DNA of 64,000 nt, from positions 98,862 to 162,861 of the forward strand of contig CBINOO010000002.1 in the NCBI GenBank assembly GCA_966252305.1, in the 5' to 3' direction. The notes under the pieces were generated by a model. It made no database searches. It was not told the origin of the DNA and saw nothing but the letters and a program-made list of their open reading frames with translations. Positions 40,977-49,755 of the stretch are shown piece after piece. The position numbers were made by a program, and so were the translations under genes. The DNA comes from an uncultured Acidimicrobiia bacterium. Its GTDB lineage: Bacteria > Acidobacteriota > Vicinamibacteria > Vicinamibacterales > SCN-69-37. Position 1 is the stretch's first letter, and each line of letters opens with the position of its first letter.

Positions 40977-42562
40977 TGCCTCGCTGGTCCGTACAACACG
41001 CGACCCGGACGCGCCTCGGTCATCGACGCGCCGTCAAACACGACCAGTCCATTGACGATGACCATGGCAAAGCCCTCGGCGTATTGATGGGGATCCTGGA
41101 AAGTCGCGGTATCGCGAACGGTCGCCGGATCAAATACCGTGATGTCGGCCTTCATCCCAGGTCGCAGGATGCCCCGGTCCATCAGGCCCAGGCGCCCTGC
41201 CGGGAACGCCGTCATCTTGAAGACGGCCTGCTCCAGCGTGAGTACACGCTGCTCGCGCACGTAGCGCCCGAGGACGCGGGCAAAGGTGCCGTAGCTGCGG
41301 GGATGCGGATTCGCGCGCCCGAACGTGGGCACCTCACCGTCCGACGCGATCATCGTCGCCGGATGCACGAGAATCCGCACGAGGTCGTCTTCGCTCATGG
41401 CGTGGAAGATGCCCTGGCATCCGCCCTGTTCTGCCACCCACAACACGGTCTCTGCCGCCTTCTCGAGGGTGAGAGCCACACCACGCCGCCGCATCAGGTC
41501 CGCGAGTGTCTTGCCCGCCAGCGACGGATCAAATCCGCAGTTGGCAAACTGGACATTTGCCGGGTCGCCGCCGCCGCGTTCATCGCGGATCATGGCGAGG
41601 CTGGCCACGAGGATGCGCTCTCGCTCAATCGGATCCTTGAACCGGGCGTCGCGCGCGGCGTTGGACCCCTCCAGCGCCCACGCCGGCAGGAGCGCCGACG
41701 TGACGCTGGTGCTCGAGGCGGTGTATGGATACTGATCGCTGGTCACGTCCACGCCCCGCGCCCGCGCCTCGTCGATCAGCTTCAAGGCGTCGACGCTCCG
41801 ACCGAAGTTCGGTTTGCCGATCACTTTGTGATGCGTGACCTGTGTCGGCAAACCGCCGTCCTCTCCGATGCGAATCGTCTCGCGGATGCTGTCGAGCAGC
41901 TTCGCCGCGTCATCCCGCTGATGCGAGACGTGTGATCCACCCAGCCGCCCGGCCACGCGGGCAAGCGCGATCACTTCCTCCGTCGGTGTGAACGCGCCGG
42001 GGACGTAGAACAGCCCGGTGCTCAGACCGAACGCGCCGTCGTGCATGCCCTGTTCGACCAGCCCCTCCATCTCGCGAAGTTCATCCGGCGTCGCCGGGCG
42101 ATCCTCAGAGCCAACGACCCGAGTGCGGATGGATCCCTGCCCGATGAAGGCGCCGATGTTCACGGACTTCGCAAGTTGGTCGAGCGAGTCGAGAAATGGA
42201 CGCAACGGGACCGGGGATGAACCGTCCGGACCCTCAATGACCGTCGTCACGCCCTGGCGCACATAGTTGGGCGCGGTGGGATTGGTGTTGAGCCCGCGGC
42301 GCGCATGTGTGTGGATGTCAATGAACCCCGGCGCCACCACCTTCCCGGCGACGTCGACCTCGCGCGCGGCCGATCCGTTCAGCCGCGGGGCGACTGCTGC
42401 GATCGTGTCGCCCGAGATGCCCACATCGGCCCTGAACCAGGGTGTACCGGTGCCGTCGACGACGCGCGCGTTCCGAAGGATGAGGTCATACCGCGGTGCC
42501 TGCGCGTGGGTCACAACGAGGCCGACGCACACGCACACCGGAATCAGCCAGAGCTGTCGCAT
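40973..42562 (-). CDS. N-acyl-D-amino-acid deacylase (D-aminoacylase) family protein
   Basis: Motifs PGFIDIHTH, GLSTGL.Y.PG, DQYPY.ASST, ASDG and HPRSYGTF.RVLG. Confidence 0.9.
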   Translation of the reverse strand: MRQLWLIPVCVCVGLVVTHAQAPRYDLILRNARVVDGTGTPWFRADVGISGDTIAAVAPRLNGSAAREVDVAGKVVAPGFIDIHTHARRGLNTNPTAPNYVRQGVTTVIEGPDGSSPVPLRPFLDSLDQLAKSVNIGAFIGQGSIRTRVVGSEDRPATPDELREMEGLVEQGMHDGAFGLSTGLFYVPGAFTPTEEVIALARVAGRLGGSHVSHQRDDAAKLLDSIRETIRIGEDGGLPTQVTHHKVIGKPNFGRSVDALKLIDEARARGVDVTSDQYPYTASSTSVTSALLPAWALEGSNAARDARFKDPIERERILVASLAMIRDERGGGDPANVQFANCGFDPSLAGKTLADLMRRRGVALTLEKAAETVLWVAEQGGCQGIFHAMSEDDLVRILVHPATMIASDGEVPTFGRANPHPRSYGTFARVLGRYVREQRVLTLEQAVFKMTAFPAGRLGLMDRGILRPGMKADITVFDPATVRDTATFQDPHQYAEGFAMVIVNGLVVFDGASMTEARPGRVLYGPARQ

Positions 42563-42592
42563 GGGCGTCACTATACGCCCACCGATGCGAAA

Positions 42593-44014
42593 TCAGAGCA
42601 GTTTCGCTGCCAGCTCGGCGATCTTCGATCGCACCACGTCGCTCATCGTCAGGTGCGCAAACGAAGGTTCGCCCTTGAACCGTTCCACAACCTGCACGAT
42701 GCCGTTCGACAGCGCGTCCACCTCCGGCCTGTCGATCTGGTCGGGGTCGCCCGTCAGGATGATGCGGGTGCCTTCGCCGGCGCGGGTGAGCACCAGCTTC
42801 ATGTCGCCCTGCGTGAGGTTCTGTCCGTCATCCACAATGACGACGGCGTCGTGAATGGAGCGGCCGCGCAGGTAGTTGATCGGCGAAATCTCGAGGACGT
42901 TCCGCGCGAGCAGGTCCTCGATGGTTGCCGATGGCGCGCCGTTGGGACGGTCGCCATTCTCAACCGGCTGATTGGTGAACCGCGCCGAGCCGGACATCCT
43001 CCGGATGATGAAGTCCAGGTTGTCGAGAATCGGCTTCGCCCATGGCGCCATCTTGTCGTTGACGGTGCCCGGCAGAAAGCCCAGGTCGCGACCGGCCTCC
43101 GCGTTCACCCGGTACACCTCGATCTTCGACACACGGCCCGAGCGATACAGCTCGTAGGCCGTTAACAACGCCATCAGCGTCTTTCCGGTGCCGGCGATGC
43201 CCACCAGACTCGTGATGAGCGTGTCATCGTCCATGATCAGGTCCCGGGCGCACGCCTGTTCCGGATTGATCGGGCCGAAGCGCTCGGTCTGTTTGAAGTG
43301 CACGCGACGCAGGTACGACACGCCGTCGTGTTTCTTGAGGATTCCCCAGGCAGCCTTGCCGTTGCCATTCACGCGAAGTTCACAGCACTGATTGGCCAGC
43401 AGCGTCGACGTGTCGATGAAGTCCGCGAGTTCGTTGGTGGGGAGGCGCTGCTCCACGTGCAGAGCGTTGAGCAGTGGCGCCTTTTCGGTCGGCAACTGAA
43501 TACGCACACGACCCGAGTAGAACTTGTCTGGCGATGACACCGGGCGGTCGGAGTAATAGTCCTCCGCCATCAGACCACGCGCGCGCGCCTTGCAGCGCAT
43601 CGCCGCGTCGCGTGTGATCAGCACGACCGGCACATCGGGATGTGACTCCTGATAGGCGTTCGCCAGAAGGATGATCGCGTCGTCTGCGTAGCCGGGCGAG
43701 AAGCCCGGCCACGCGCGTGACACATCGAGTTCGCCGCCGTGGAACTTCACCAGGCCGCTGCGCAGCGGAATGCCGTCACGCAGCTGCGCCGGTGATGCGT
43801 CGTTCTGCAGTTGGTCCAGGAACCGGATCGTCTGTCGCGCGGTGTAGCCGACGCCGTTGGTATCGACGCGACGACGGTCCAGTTCCTGGAGGACCGGGAA
43901 GGGAATGATGACGGTGTTGTCGACCGTCAGGTGTTCGAGTGCATCCGGAGCCGAAACGAGAACGCTGGTATCAACGACATAGACCTTGCCACCAACCATC
44001 CGGGGTGGAACCAT
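42593..44014 (-). CDS. PIN-domain plus PhoH ATPase protein (PhoH2/YbeZ-like family)
   Basis: PIN motifs VVDTSVL, V.QELD and DDAI. PhoH motifs GIAGTGKT, LGFLPG, YLRGRS, DDGQN, LTRAG and GDPDQID. Confidence 0.9.
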   Translation of the reverse strand: MVPPRMVGGKVYVVDTSVLVSAPDALEHLTVDNTVIIPFPVLQELDRRRVDTNGVGYTARQTIRFLDQLQNDASPAQLRDGIPLRSGLVKFHGGELDVSRAWPGFSPGYADDAIILLANAYQESHPDVPVVLITRDAAMRCKARARGLMAEDYYSDRPVSSPDKFYSGRVRIQLPTEKAPLLNALHVEQRLPTNELADFIDTSTLLANQCCELRVNGNGKAAWGILKKHDGVSYLRRVHFKQTERFGPINPEQACARDLIMDDDTLITSLVGIAGTGKTLMALLTAYELYRSGRVSKIEVYRVNAEAGRDLGFLPGTVNDKMAPWAKPILDNLDFIIRRMSGSARFTNQPVENGDRPNGAPSATIEDLLARNVLEISPINYLRGRSIHDAVVIVDDGQNLTQGDMKLVLTRAGEGTRIILTGDPDQIDRPEVDALSNGIVQVVERFKGEPSFAHLTMSDVVRSKIAELAAKLL

Positions 44015-44140
44015 GCCCGCTCCTGAAGCCGTGTGAGGCGCTGGGACGCGTCAACACCGCTTACTGAGGCGCATTCTATGGATGTCTGTCTCGAAGTACC
44101 AGTAAAAAATCTGTTGCGACTCCGGAGCGTCCTCCCTCGG

Positions 44141-46546
44141 CTACTTGATCCCTGACGCGTCGAGCGCATACATTCCGCGCCCGTACGTCGAAATCACTAT
44201 GAGATTGTCCTGTGGCACGTACTGCAGGTCGGAGACCTGCGTCGATGGCAGGTTGCCACCGAGCACGCGCCACGTCGCGCCGGCATCGGTCGACACATAC
44301 ACGCCGAAATCCGTGCCGACAAACAGCACGTTGGCGTTGGACGGATGTTCGCGGATCACATTCACCGGTCCAGCCGGAATGTTGTTCGCGATGCTGGTGA
44401 ATGACTTGCCGTAGTCGGTGGATTTGTAGATGTACGCGGCAAAGTCGTCATCTTCGCGTCCGCGCTGCGTGATGTAGACGGTGCCTTCTGCGTGCTGCGA
44501 CGGTAACAGGCGAGAGATCCACCGCCGCGTCGGGATGCGGCTGGTCAGTTCCGACCATTCCTTGCCGTTGTCGATCGTCGAGTGCACACGGCCATCGTCT
44601 GAGCCGACGTAGAGCAGTCCGGCCTTCTTCGGTGACTCGGCCAGCGCCACGATGGTCTGATACGGAATCGCGTTCGAGTTCCGGATCAACATCTGATCCT
44701 TGTTGTTGTCGGTCAGGTCCGGGCTGATGACCTGGAAACCCTCGCCGCGGTTGTCCGACTTGTAGACGTACTGATATCCCGCGTAAATCACGCGATTGTC
44801 GTGCGGCGAGACGATGATCGGCGCCATCCACTGGGCGCGGAGCTCAGCGTCCGGCGGATTTGGCGGCTGGATGTTTGTGGTGCGCTGCGGTCCCTGCGGC
44901 GGGGTCGCTGCAGCGCCTCGGCCTCGGCCACGCGCCGGTGCAGCCACTGACAAGTCCGTGCGGCTGAAGTTGCCGTAGAAGCCGTGCGAATACACGATGT
45001 TCGGATTGGTCGGATCGATTGCGTGGTTCGAGCCCTCGCCACCCGGCGCGTTCTCCCAGGCGACGGCCGGAATGGCGTCGCGACCCTTCGACAGATCGAT
45101 ACGTCCACGGCGTGAGCCGTGATCCTGAATCGAGCCGTACGCCCACGACGAGGGACGGCTGTTGTCGACGGTGACGTTGTAGAACTGCGCGCCTGCCGCG
45201 CCCACGGCAAAGACCCACGTCTTACCGCCATCGAGCGAGTGGTAGAACCCGCCGTCATTCGTGTTGTAGAGCTTCTGCGGATCGGCCGGGTCAATCCACA
45301 GGCCGTGATGGTCACCGTGTACGCCGCCCGTGTTGCTGCCGTCCACGTTGCTGGTGGATGTGCCCTGCACGCGTTCGAACGTCACGCCGCCATTGGTCGA
45401 ACGATTGAGCGCAAGTCCCATCGTGTAGACCGTGTTTTCGTTGGTGGGGTCGACACGAATCTGTCCGAACACCCAGCCGTACGTGCCCGAGTGTTCGATC
45501 ATGTAGTCGTTGGTCTCGGAGACCTTCTTCCACGTGCGGCCCTTGTCGTCGGTGCGGTAGACCTCCGCGGCCTTGATGCGTCCGTTGGTGATCGGGCGGC
45601 CGTACGCATCGCGTTCATTCTCCTGCGGGCCGCGGCCTTCCTCGTAGTTGTCGACCAGCGCGTAGAGCACGTTCGGGTTGCTGCGCGACACGTCGATGCC
45701 GATGCGACCGCGGAACTGCGGTGCCGGCAGGCCCGCGCTGGCGTCACTCCACGTCGCACCGCCGTCGGTGCTCTTCATCACGCCGCCCTCGTTGTACCCC
45801 GGCTCGACGCGGGGATCACTCCACTTGCGGCGGATCCGCTGCCACATCGCGGCGTAGAGCGTGTTCGGGTCTTTGGGATCCATCACGAGGTCGATTGCGC
45901 CGGTGCGTGGGCTCTTGTAGAGGACCTTCGACCAGGTGCGTCCGCCGTTGATGCTCTTGAACACACCGCGCGTCTCGTTGTCGGTCCACTCGTGGCCCGA
46001 GGCGGCGACATACACGATGTCCGGGTTGGTCGGATGGACGACGATGCGGCCGATGGTCTGGGTGTCAGTCAACCCCGCATGGCTGAAAGTGCGTCCGCCA
46101 TCGGTGGACTTGTAGACGCCGACGCCGGCCATCGAGGCGCGGAAGATGTTGGCCTCGCCCGTGCCCACGTACACCACGTTGGGGTTCGAGGGCGCGACGG
46201 CGATGTCGCCGATGCTGGTTGATGCCTCGTGTTCGAGGATCGCGCGCCAGGTGCGCCCGTGGTCTTCGCTCTTCCAGAGGCCGCTGGTGGCATAGGCAGC
46301 GTAGATGTGCCTGGCGCCGTTGACGTCCACGACCGCGACGTCCGTCGCGCGGCCGCTGACGTTGGTGGGGCCCAGGTACTGCCAGTTCGTGTTCTTGAAC
46401 GGCGACGCGTCGCGCATGGTCCGATACGTGCTCCAGGCCTTGAGCAGGCCCTCAGCGTTCATCGGTGAAGGCGCCTGTTGTGCCGCGACGGCGGCAACAG
46501 ACACCACGCCCATCAGAAGTACTGCCACTCGAATCGAACCACGCAT
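44141..46546 (-). CDS. Secreted BNR/Asp-box repeat (VPS10/sortilin-like, glycosyl hydrolase-like) beta-propeller protein
   Basis: Signal peptide, W..LGP...SGR and many S.DGG.TW repeats. GGAGG ribosome-binding site upstream of ATG 46546. Confidence 0.88.
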   Translation of the reverse strand: MRGSIRVAVLLMGVVSVAAVAAQQAPSPMNAEGLLKAWSTYRTMRDASPFKNTNWQYLGPTNVSGRATDVAVVDVNGARHIYAAYATSGLWKSEDHGRTWRAILEHEASTSIGDIAVAPSNPNVVYVGTGEANIFRASMAGVGVYKSTDGGRTFSHAGLTDTQTIGRIVVHPTNPDIVYVAASGHEWTDNETRGVFKSINGGRTWSKVLYKSPRTGAIDLVMDPKDPNTLYAAMWQRIRRKWSDPRVEPGYNEGGVMKSTDGGATWSDASAGLPAPQFRGRIGIDVSRSNPNVLYALVDNYEEGRGPQENERDAYGRPITNGRIKAAEVYRTDDKGRTWKKVSETNDYMIEHSGTYGWVFGQIRVDPTNENTVYTMGLALNRSTNGGVTFERVQGTSTSNVDGSNTGGVHGDHHGLWIDPADPQKLYNTNDGGFYHSLDGGKTWVFAVGAAGAQFYNVTVDNSRPSSWAYGSIQDHGSRRGRIDLSKGRDAIPAVAWENAPGGEGSNHAIDPTNPNIVYSHGFYGNFSRTDLSVAAPARGRGRGAAATPPQGPQRTTNIQPPNPPDAELRAQWMAPIIVSPHDNRVIYAGYQYVYKSDNRGEGFQVISPDLTDNNKDQMLIRNSNAIPYQTIVALAESPKKAGLLYVGSDDGRVHSTIDNGKEWSELTSRIPTRRWISRLLPSQHAEGTVYITQRGREDDDFAAYIYKSTDYGKSFTSIANNIPAGPVNVIREHPSNANVLFVGTDFGVYVSTDAGATWRVLGGNLPSTQVSDLQYVPQDNLIVISTYGRGMYALDASGIK

Positions 46547-46595
46547 AAAACCTCCGAGTCTGGATAGTAGCCGATAGACGGTAAAATGGTCGGGC

Positions 46596-47753
46596 ATGTC
46601 CACACGCCAGGTGTATCTCGACTATCACGCGACGACTCCGGTCGATCCCCGAGTGCTCGAGGTCATGCTGCCGTTTTTTACCCAGGAATTCGGCAATCCC
46701 GCATCGGCCAGCCATGCGTTTGGCTGGAAAGCGCAGGAAGCGGTCGAGACCGCCAGACGGCAGGTGGCGGCCCTGATCGGCGCCTCAGCGCGAGAGATTG
46801 TTTTCACCAGCGGCGCCACCGAATCGAACAACTGGGCGATCAAGGGCGTGGCAGCCGCCGCGCCGGCTTCACGCCGGCATGTCGTCTGCTCGGCGATTGA
46901 GCACAAGTCGGTGCTCGAAGCGTGCAAATCGCTCGAGTCGTCGGGGTGGTCGCTGACGATCGTGCCGGTTGAGCGCGACGGGCGCGTCGATCCGGCGGCG
47001 CTGGCGGGGGTCGTCACCGAACAGACCGCGCTGGTCAGCGTCATGGCCGCCAACAACGAAATTGGCGTGGTGCAGCCGCTGGCCGAGGTCACGGCCATCG
47101 CCCACGCGAAAGGCGCGTTGGTGCACTCGGACGCCGCGCAGGCGGTCGGCAAGATTCCACTGGATGTCCAGGCGCTGGGGATCGATCTGCTCTCGTTGAC
47201 GGCCCACAAGATGTACGGCCCGAAAGGGTGCGGCGCGCTCTTTATTCGGAAGAAGACGAACCTTGCGCCGTTCATCATCGGCGGCGGACAGGAACGCGGG
47301 TTCCGCTCGGGCACGCTGAACGTGCCCGGCATTGTTGGCCTCGGATATGCATGTCATCTCGATCGGCTCGAGATGGCTGAGGAGTGTGCGCGACTGCGCG
47401 CCTTGCGGGATCGACTGCTTGAAGGGTTGTCCGCCAGGGTCGGTGGTGTGCGCGTGAACGGCACCATGGCCGCGCGCCTGCCGCACAACCTTCATGTGGC
47501 GTTTGATGATGTCGACGGTGAGTCGCTGATCATCGGCATCGGCGACATCGCGGTGTCCTCAGGGTCCGCGTGCAGCAGCGCGTCGGCCACTCCGTCGCAT
47601 GTGTTGCGGGCGTTGTTCGGCGAGGCCGCCGTGCCTGCCGCCACGGTGCGTTTCGGTCTCGGTCGGTTCACCACCGATGCGGACATCGATTACGCCATCG
47701 AAAAGTTCTCTGCGGTCGTCAAGCGTCTCCGCGACACCGCACCCGTGCGCTAG
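46596..47753 (+). CDS. iscS: IscS/NifS-type cysteine desulfurase
   Basis: Motifs YLDYHATTP, FTSGATESNN, AHKMYGPKG, GGGQERG.RSGT and SSGSACSS. Confidence 0.9.
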   Translation: MSTRQVYLDYHATTPVDPRVLEVMLPFFTQEFGNPASASHAFGWKAQEAVETARRQVAALIGASAREIVFTSGATESNNWAIKGVAAAAPASRRHVVCSAIEHKSVLEACKSLESSGWSLTIVPVERDGRVDPAALAGVVTEQTALVSVMAANNEIGVVQPLAEVTAIAHAKGALVHSDAAQAVGKIPLDVQALGIDLLSLTAHKMYGPKGCGALFIRKKTNLAPFIIGGGQERGFRSGTLNVPGIVGLGYACHLDRLEMAEECARLRALRDRLLEGLSARVGGVRVNGTMAARLPHNLHVAFDDVDGESLIIGIGDIAVSSGSACSSASATPSHVLRALFGEAAVPAATVRFGLGRFTTDADIDYAIEKFSAVVKRLRDTAPVR

Positions 47754-47818
47754 GGCCATCGGGCCCGAACGGTGGCTCCGGGCCACCCTGTCATTCAGGC
47801 TGAAAGGAGGCCGATCTC

Positions 47819-48580
47819 GTGACTGCGCCGCCCGTATCGCATGCGGGCCGTGAAACTCGTCTTCTGCTGTTGGTGATTCTCGTCGCCGTGGCGGTACTGC
47901 TCGTACTGGCCCGGTTTCGTTTTCCCACTCCCGAACGCGTGGCGGCGACGCCGCCGGCCGGCCCGATCGAACGTCTGGCCGCCAGAGCCACTTTCGAGGA
48001 ACTCGCGCTCATCATTGCTGATGTGTCGGCACGTGTGGATGCCACGCTCACGGTCGTTGATGTCGCGTCGGTGCCCGCGCCGGCGCCGCCGCGACGGTCA
48101 GCGCCGCCCGCCGCCGCACCCGCGACACAGCGTCGGATGGCGGGACTGCGCGTGGATGCCGATCTCGCGCTGATCTACCTCCCCGCCGGATTCACCATTG
48201 TCACCGGTGACGTGGTGTCGGTGGTCGCGAGCGATCCCGAGCGGCATCTGGCACTCGTGCGTGTTCCGGCCGAGCCGTTTGCCGGGCCTGCCTCGCAGGC
48301 CGCCGCGTTTGGCGGTCCCGGATACGTCGCCGTGTTTGAAGGGTCGCGGGGCGGGTCGGCTGCGCGACCGGAGTTCATCGGTCGGACCGACTCCTTTGAC
48401 GACCCCGCGTGGCCCGATCCTCTGCTGTCGCCAGGGGGACATGCCCACCTGCGGGAGGGCGCGTGGCTCTTCACGCTGGACGGCCGGCTTGTGGGCCTCA
48501 CCGTGCCTGATGGCCCCGGCGTTGCCGTTGCGCGTGCCCGCACGCTCTTCGACATCGTCGAGAGGCTGCGCACGCAATGA
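47819..48580 (+). CDS. Membrane-anchored protein with a degenerate trypsin/HtrA-like fold and no catalytic motif
   Basis: Strong AAAGGAGG RBS and an N-terminal TM helix. VVASDPERHLALVRV and GAWLFTLDGRLVGL echo HtrA strands, but DLA and GNSGG are missing. Confidence 0.6.
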   Translation: MTAPPVSHAGRETRLLLLVILVAVAVLLVLARFRFPTPERVAATPPAGPIERLAARATFEELALIIADVSARVDATLTVVDVASVPAPAPPRRSAPPAAAPATQRRMAGLRVDADLALIYLPAGFTIVTGDVVSVVASDPERHLALVRVPAEPFAGPASQAAAFGGPGYVAVFEGSRGGSAARPEFIGRTDSFDDPAWPDPLLSPGGHAHLREGAWLFTLDGRLVGLTVPDGPGVAVARARTLFDIVERLRTQ

Positions 48581-49755
48581 AACAACGCCGACAGCGAGAG
48601 CTGGGCGGGGCCGACCCGCTCGATCGTCGTCTCGGGGCGCCGCCGCCGTCGCCGTTCTCCTGGTTCCTGTCGCTGCTGCGCACGCGATCGGCCCTCGGCC
48701 TGGCGCCGTCACTGACGCCGGCCGTCGTCTTTGTGCCGATCGGAATTGTGGTGGGTCCGCTTGGGCTCGATCTGATTGGGCCCCGCATGCGGTCGCTGCT
48801 CGACCTGAGCGTGACACTGGCGCTCACGCTGCTCGGGGTGTTCGTCGGCATGGCACTGGGGCGCCAGCGTCGCACGGCCGCCCGCCTCCTGGCGGCGGCC
48901 AGCCTCGAAAGTGCGATGACGATCCTGGCGGTTGCCGGCGCGACCGTCTACCTCGTGGCCTCGACCGGACTCCCCCTCGACGCGTCGGCGATCATCGTCG
49001 CGCTCGCTTTGGGTCTGTGTGCGTCGGCTTCGTCGGCGACTTCTGCCGATCCCAACGCCGACCCGGCTGCTGCGATCGCGACAGATGTCGCTGACCTCGA
49101 CGACATCCTGCCCATCGTGGTTGCCGCCGGCGTGTTCACCGTCGCGACCGGCACGGGCGCTGAGCGCTGGTGGATCGCGCTCATGCCTGTCGGGCTCGGA
49201 CTGGTGACCGGACTGATTGGCTGGCTGCTCTTCGAGCGAGCGGAGTCCGTGGCTGAGCGCGGCGTGTATGTGCTCGGCACGCTGGCGCTGGCCGGTGGCG
49301 CGGCCGCATACATCGATGTCTCTCCGCTGTCGGTGGGGCTGGTGGCTGGTCTGGTCTGGACGCGCGCGCCCGGTCGCGCCGATCGAATTGTCCGCGACGA
49401 CCTCGGCAAACTGCAGCATTCGCTTGTGGTGCTGCTGTTGCTCACCGCCGGCGCACTGTGGATGCCATCGCCATCCGGCGCGTGGCTGCTCGTGCCGTAT
49501 CTGCTGTTCCGGCTTGCGGGCAAAGTGGCAGGCGGATGGCTTGCCGCGCGCATGCTCGGCGACGTGCGACCATCCGACATGGCGGCGTACCTCATGTCGC
49601 CTGGAGTCGTCGGGATCGCATTCGCGCTCAACTTCCGGCAGATCCTGCCGGTCGCGACTGGTGACGCCCTGTTGTGGGCCGTGACGATCGGTACCGCGCT
49701 GTTTGAAGTCTTTGCGGTGGTGGCGTTGCCCATGTGGCGGGGAGCGCGACGGTAA
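48577..49755 (+). CDS. Polytopic membrane protein, cation:proton antiporter (CPA)-like
   Basis: About 11-12 hydrophobic segments. Motifs GIVVGPLGL.LI, A.LDD, SPL.VG..AG and LFRLAGK..GG. Confidence 0.65.
   Translation: MKQRRQRELGGADPLDRRLGAPPPSPFSWFLSLLRTRSALGLAPSLTPAVVFVPIGIVVGPLGLDLIGPRMRSLLDLSVTLALTLLGVFVGMALGRQRRTAARLLAAASLESAMTILAVAGATVYLVASTGLPLDASAIIVALALGLCASASSATSADPNADPAAAIATDVADLDDILPIVVAAGVFTVATGTGAERWWIALMPVGLGLVTGLIGWLLFERAESVAERGVYVLGTLALAGGAAAYIDVSPLSVGLVAGLVWTRAPGRADRIVRDDLGKLQHSLVVLLLLTAGALWMPSPSGAWLLVPYLLFRLAGKVAGGWLAARMLGDVRPSDMAAYLMSPGVVGIAFALNFRQILPVATGDALLWAVTIGTALFEVFAVVALPMWRGARR

Noticed and set aside
38841..41087. 748-aa plus-strand ORF
   Set aside because: It is the antisense shadow of the amidohydrolase gene, with no recognisable motifs. 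Such shadows are expected at high GC.
47771..47787. GGTGGC-N5-GCCACC hairpin as the iscS terminator
   Set aside because: The stem is only 6 bp and has no U-tract, which is too weak to call.
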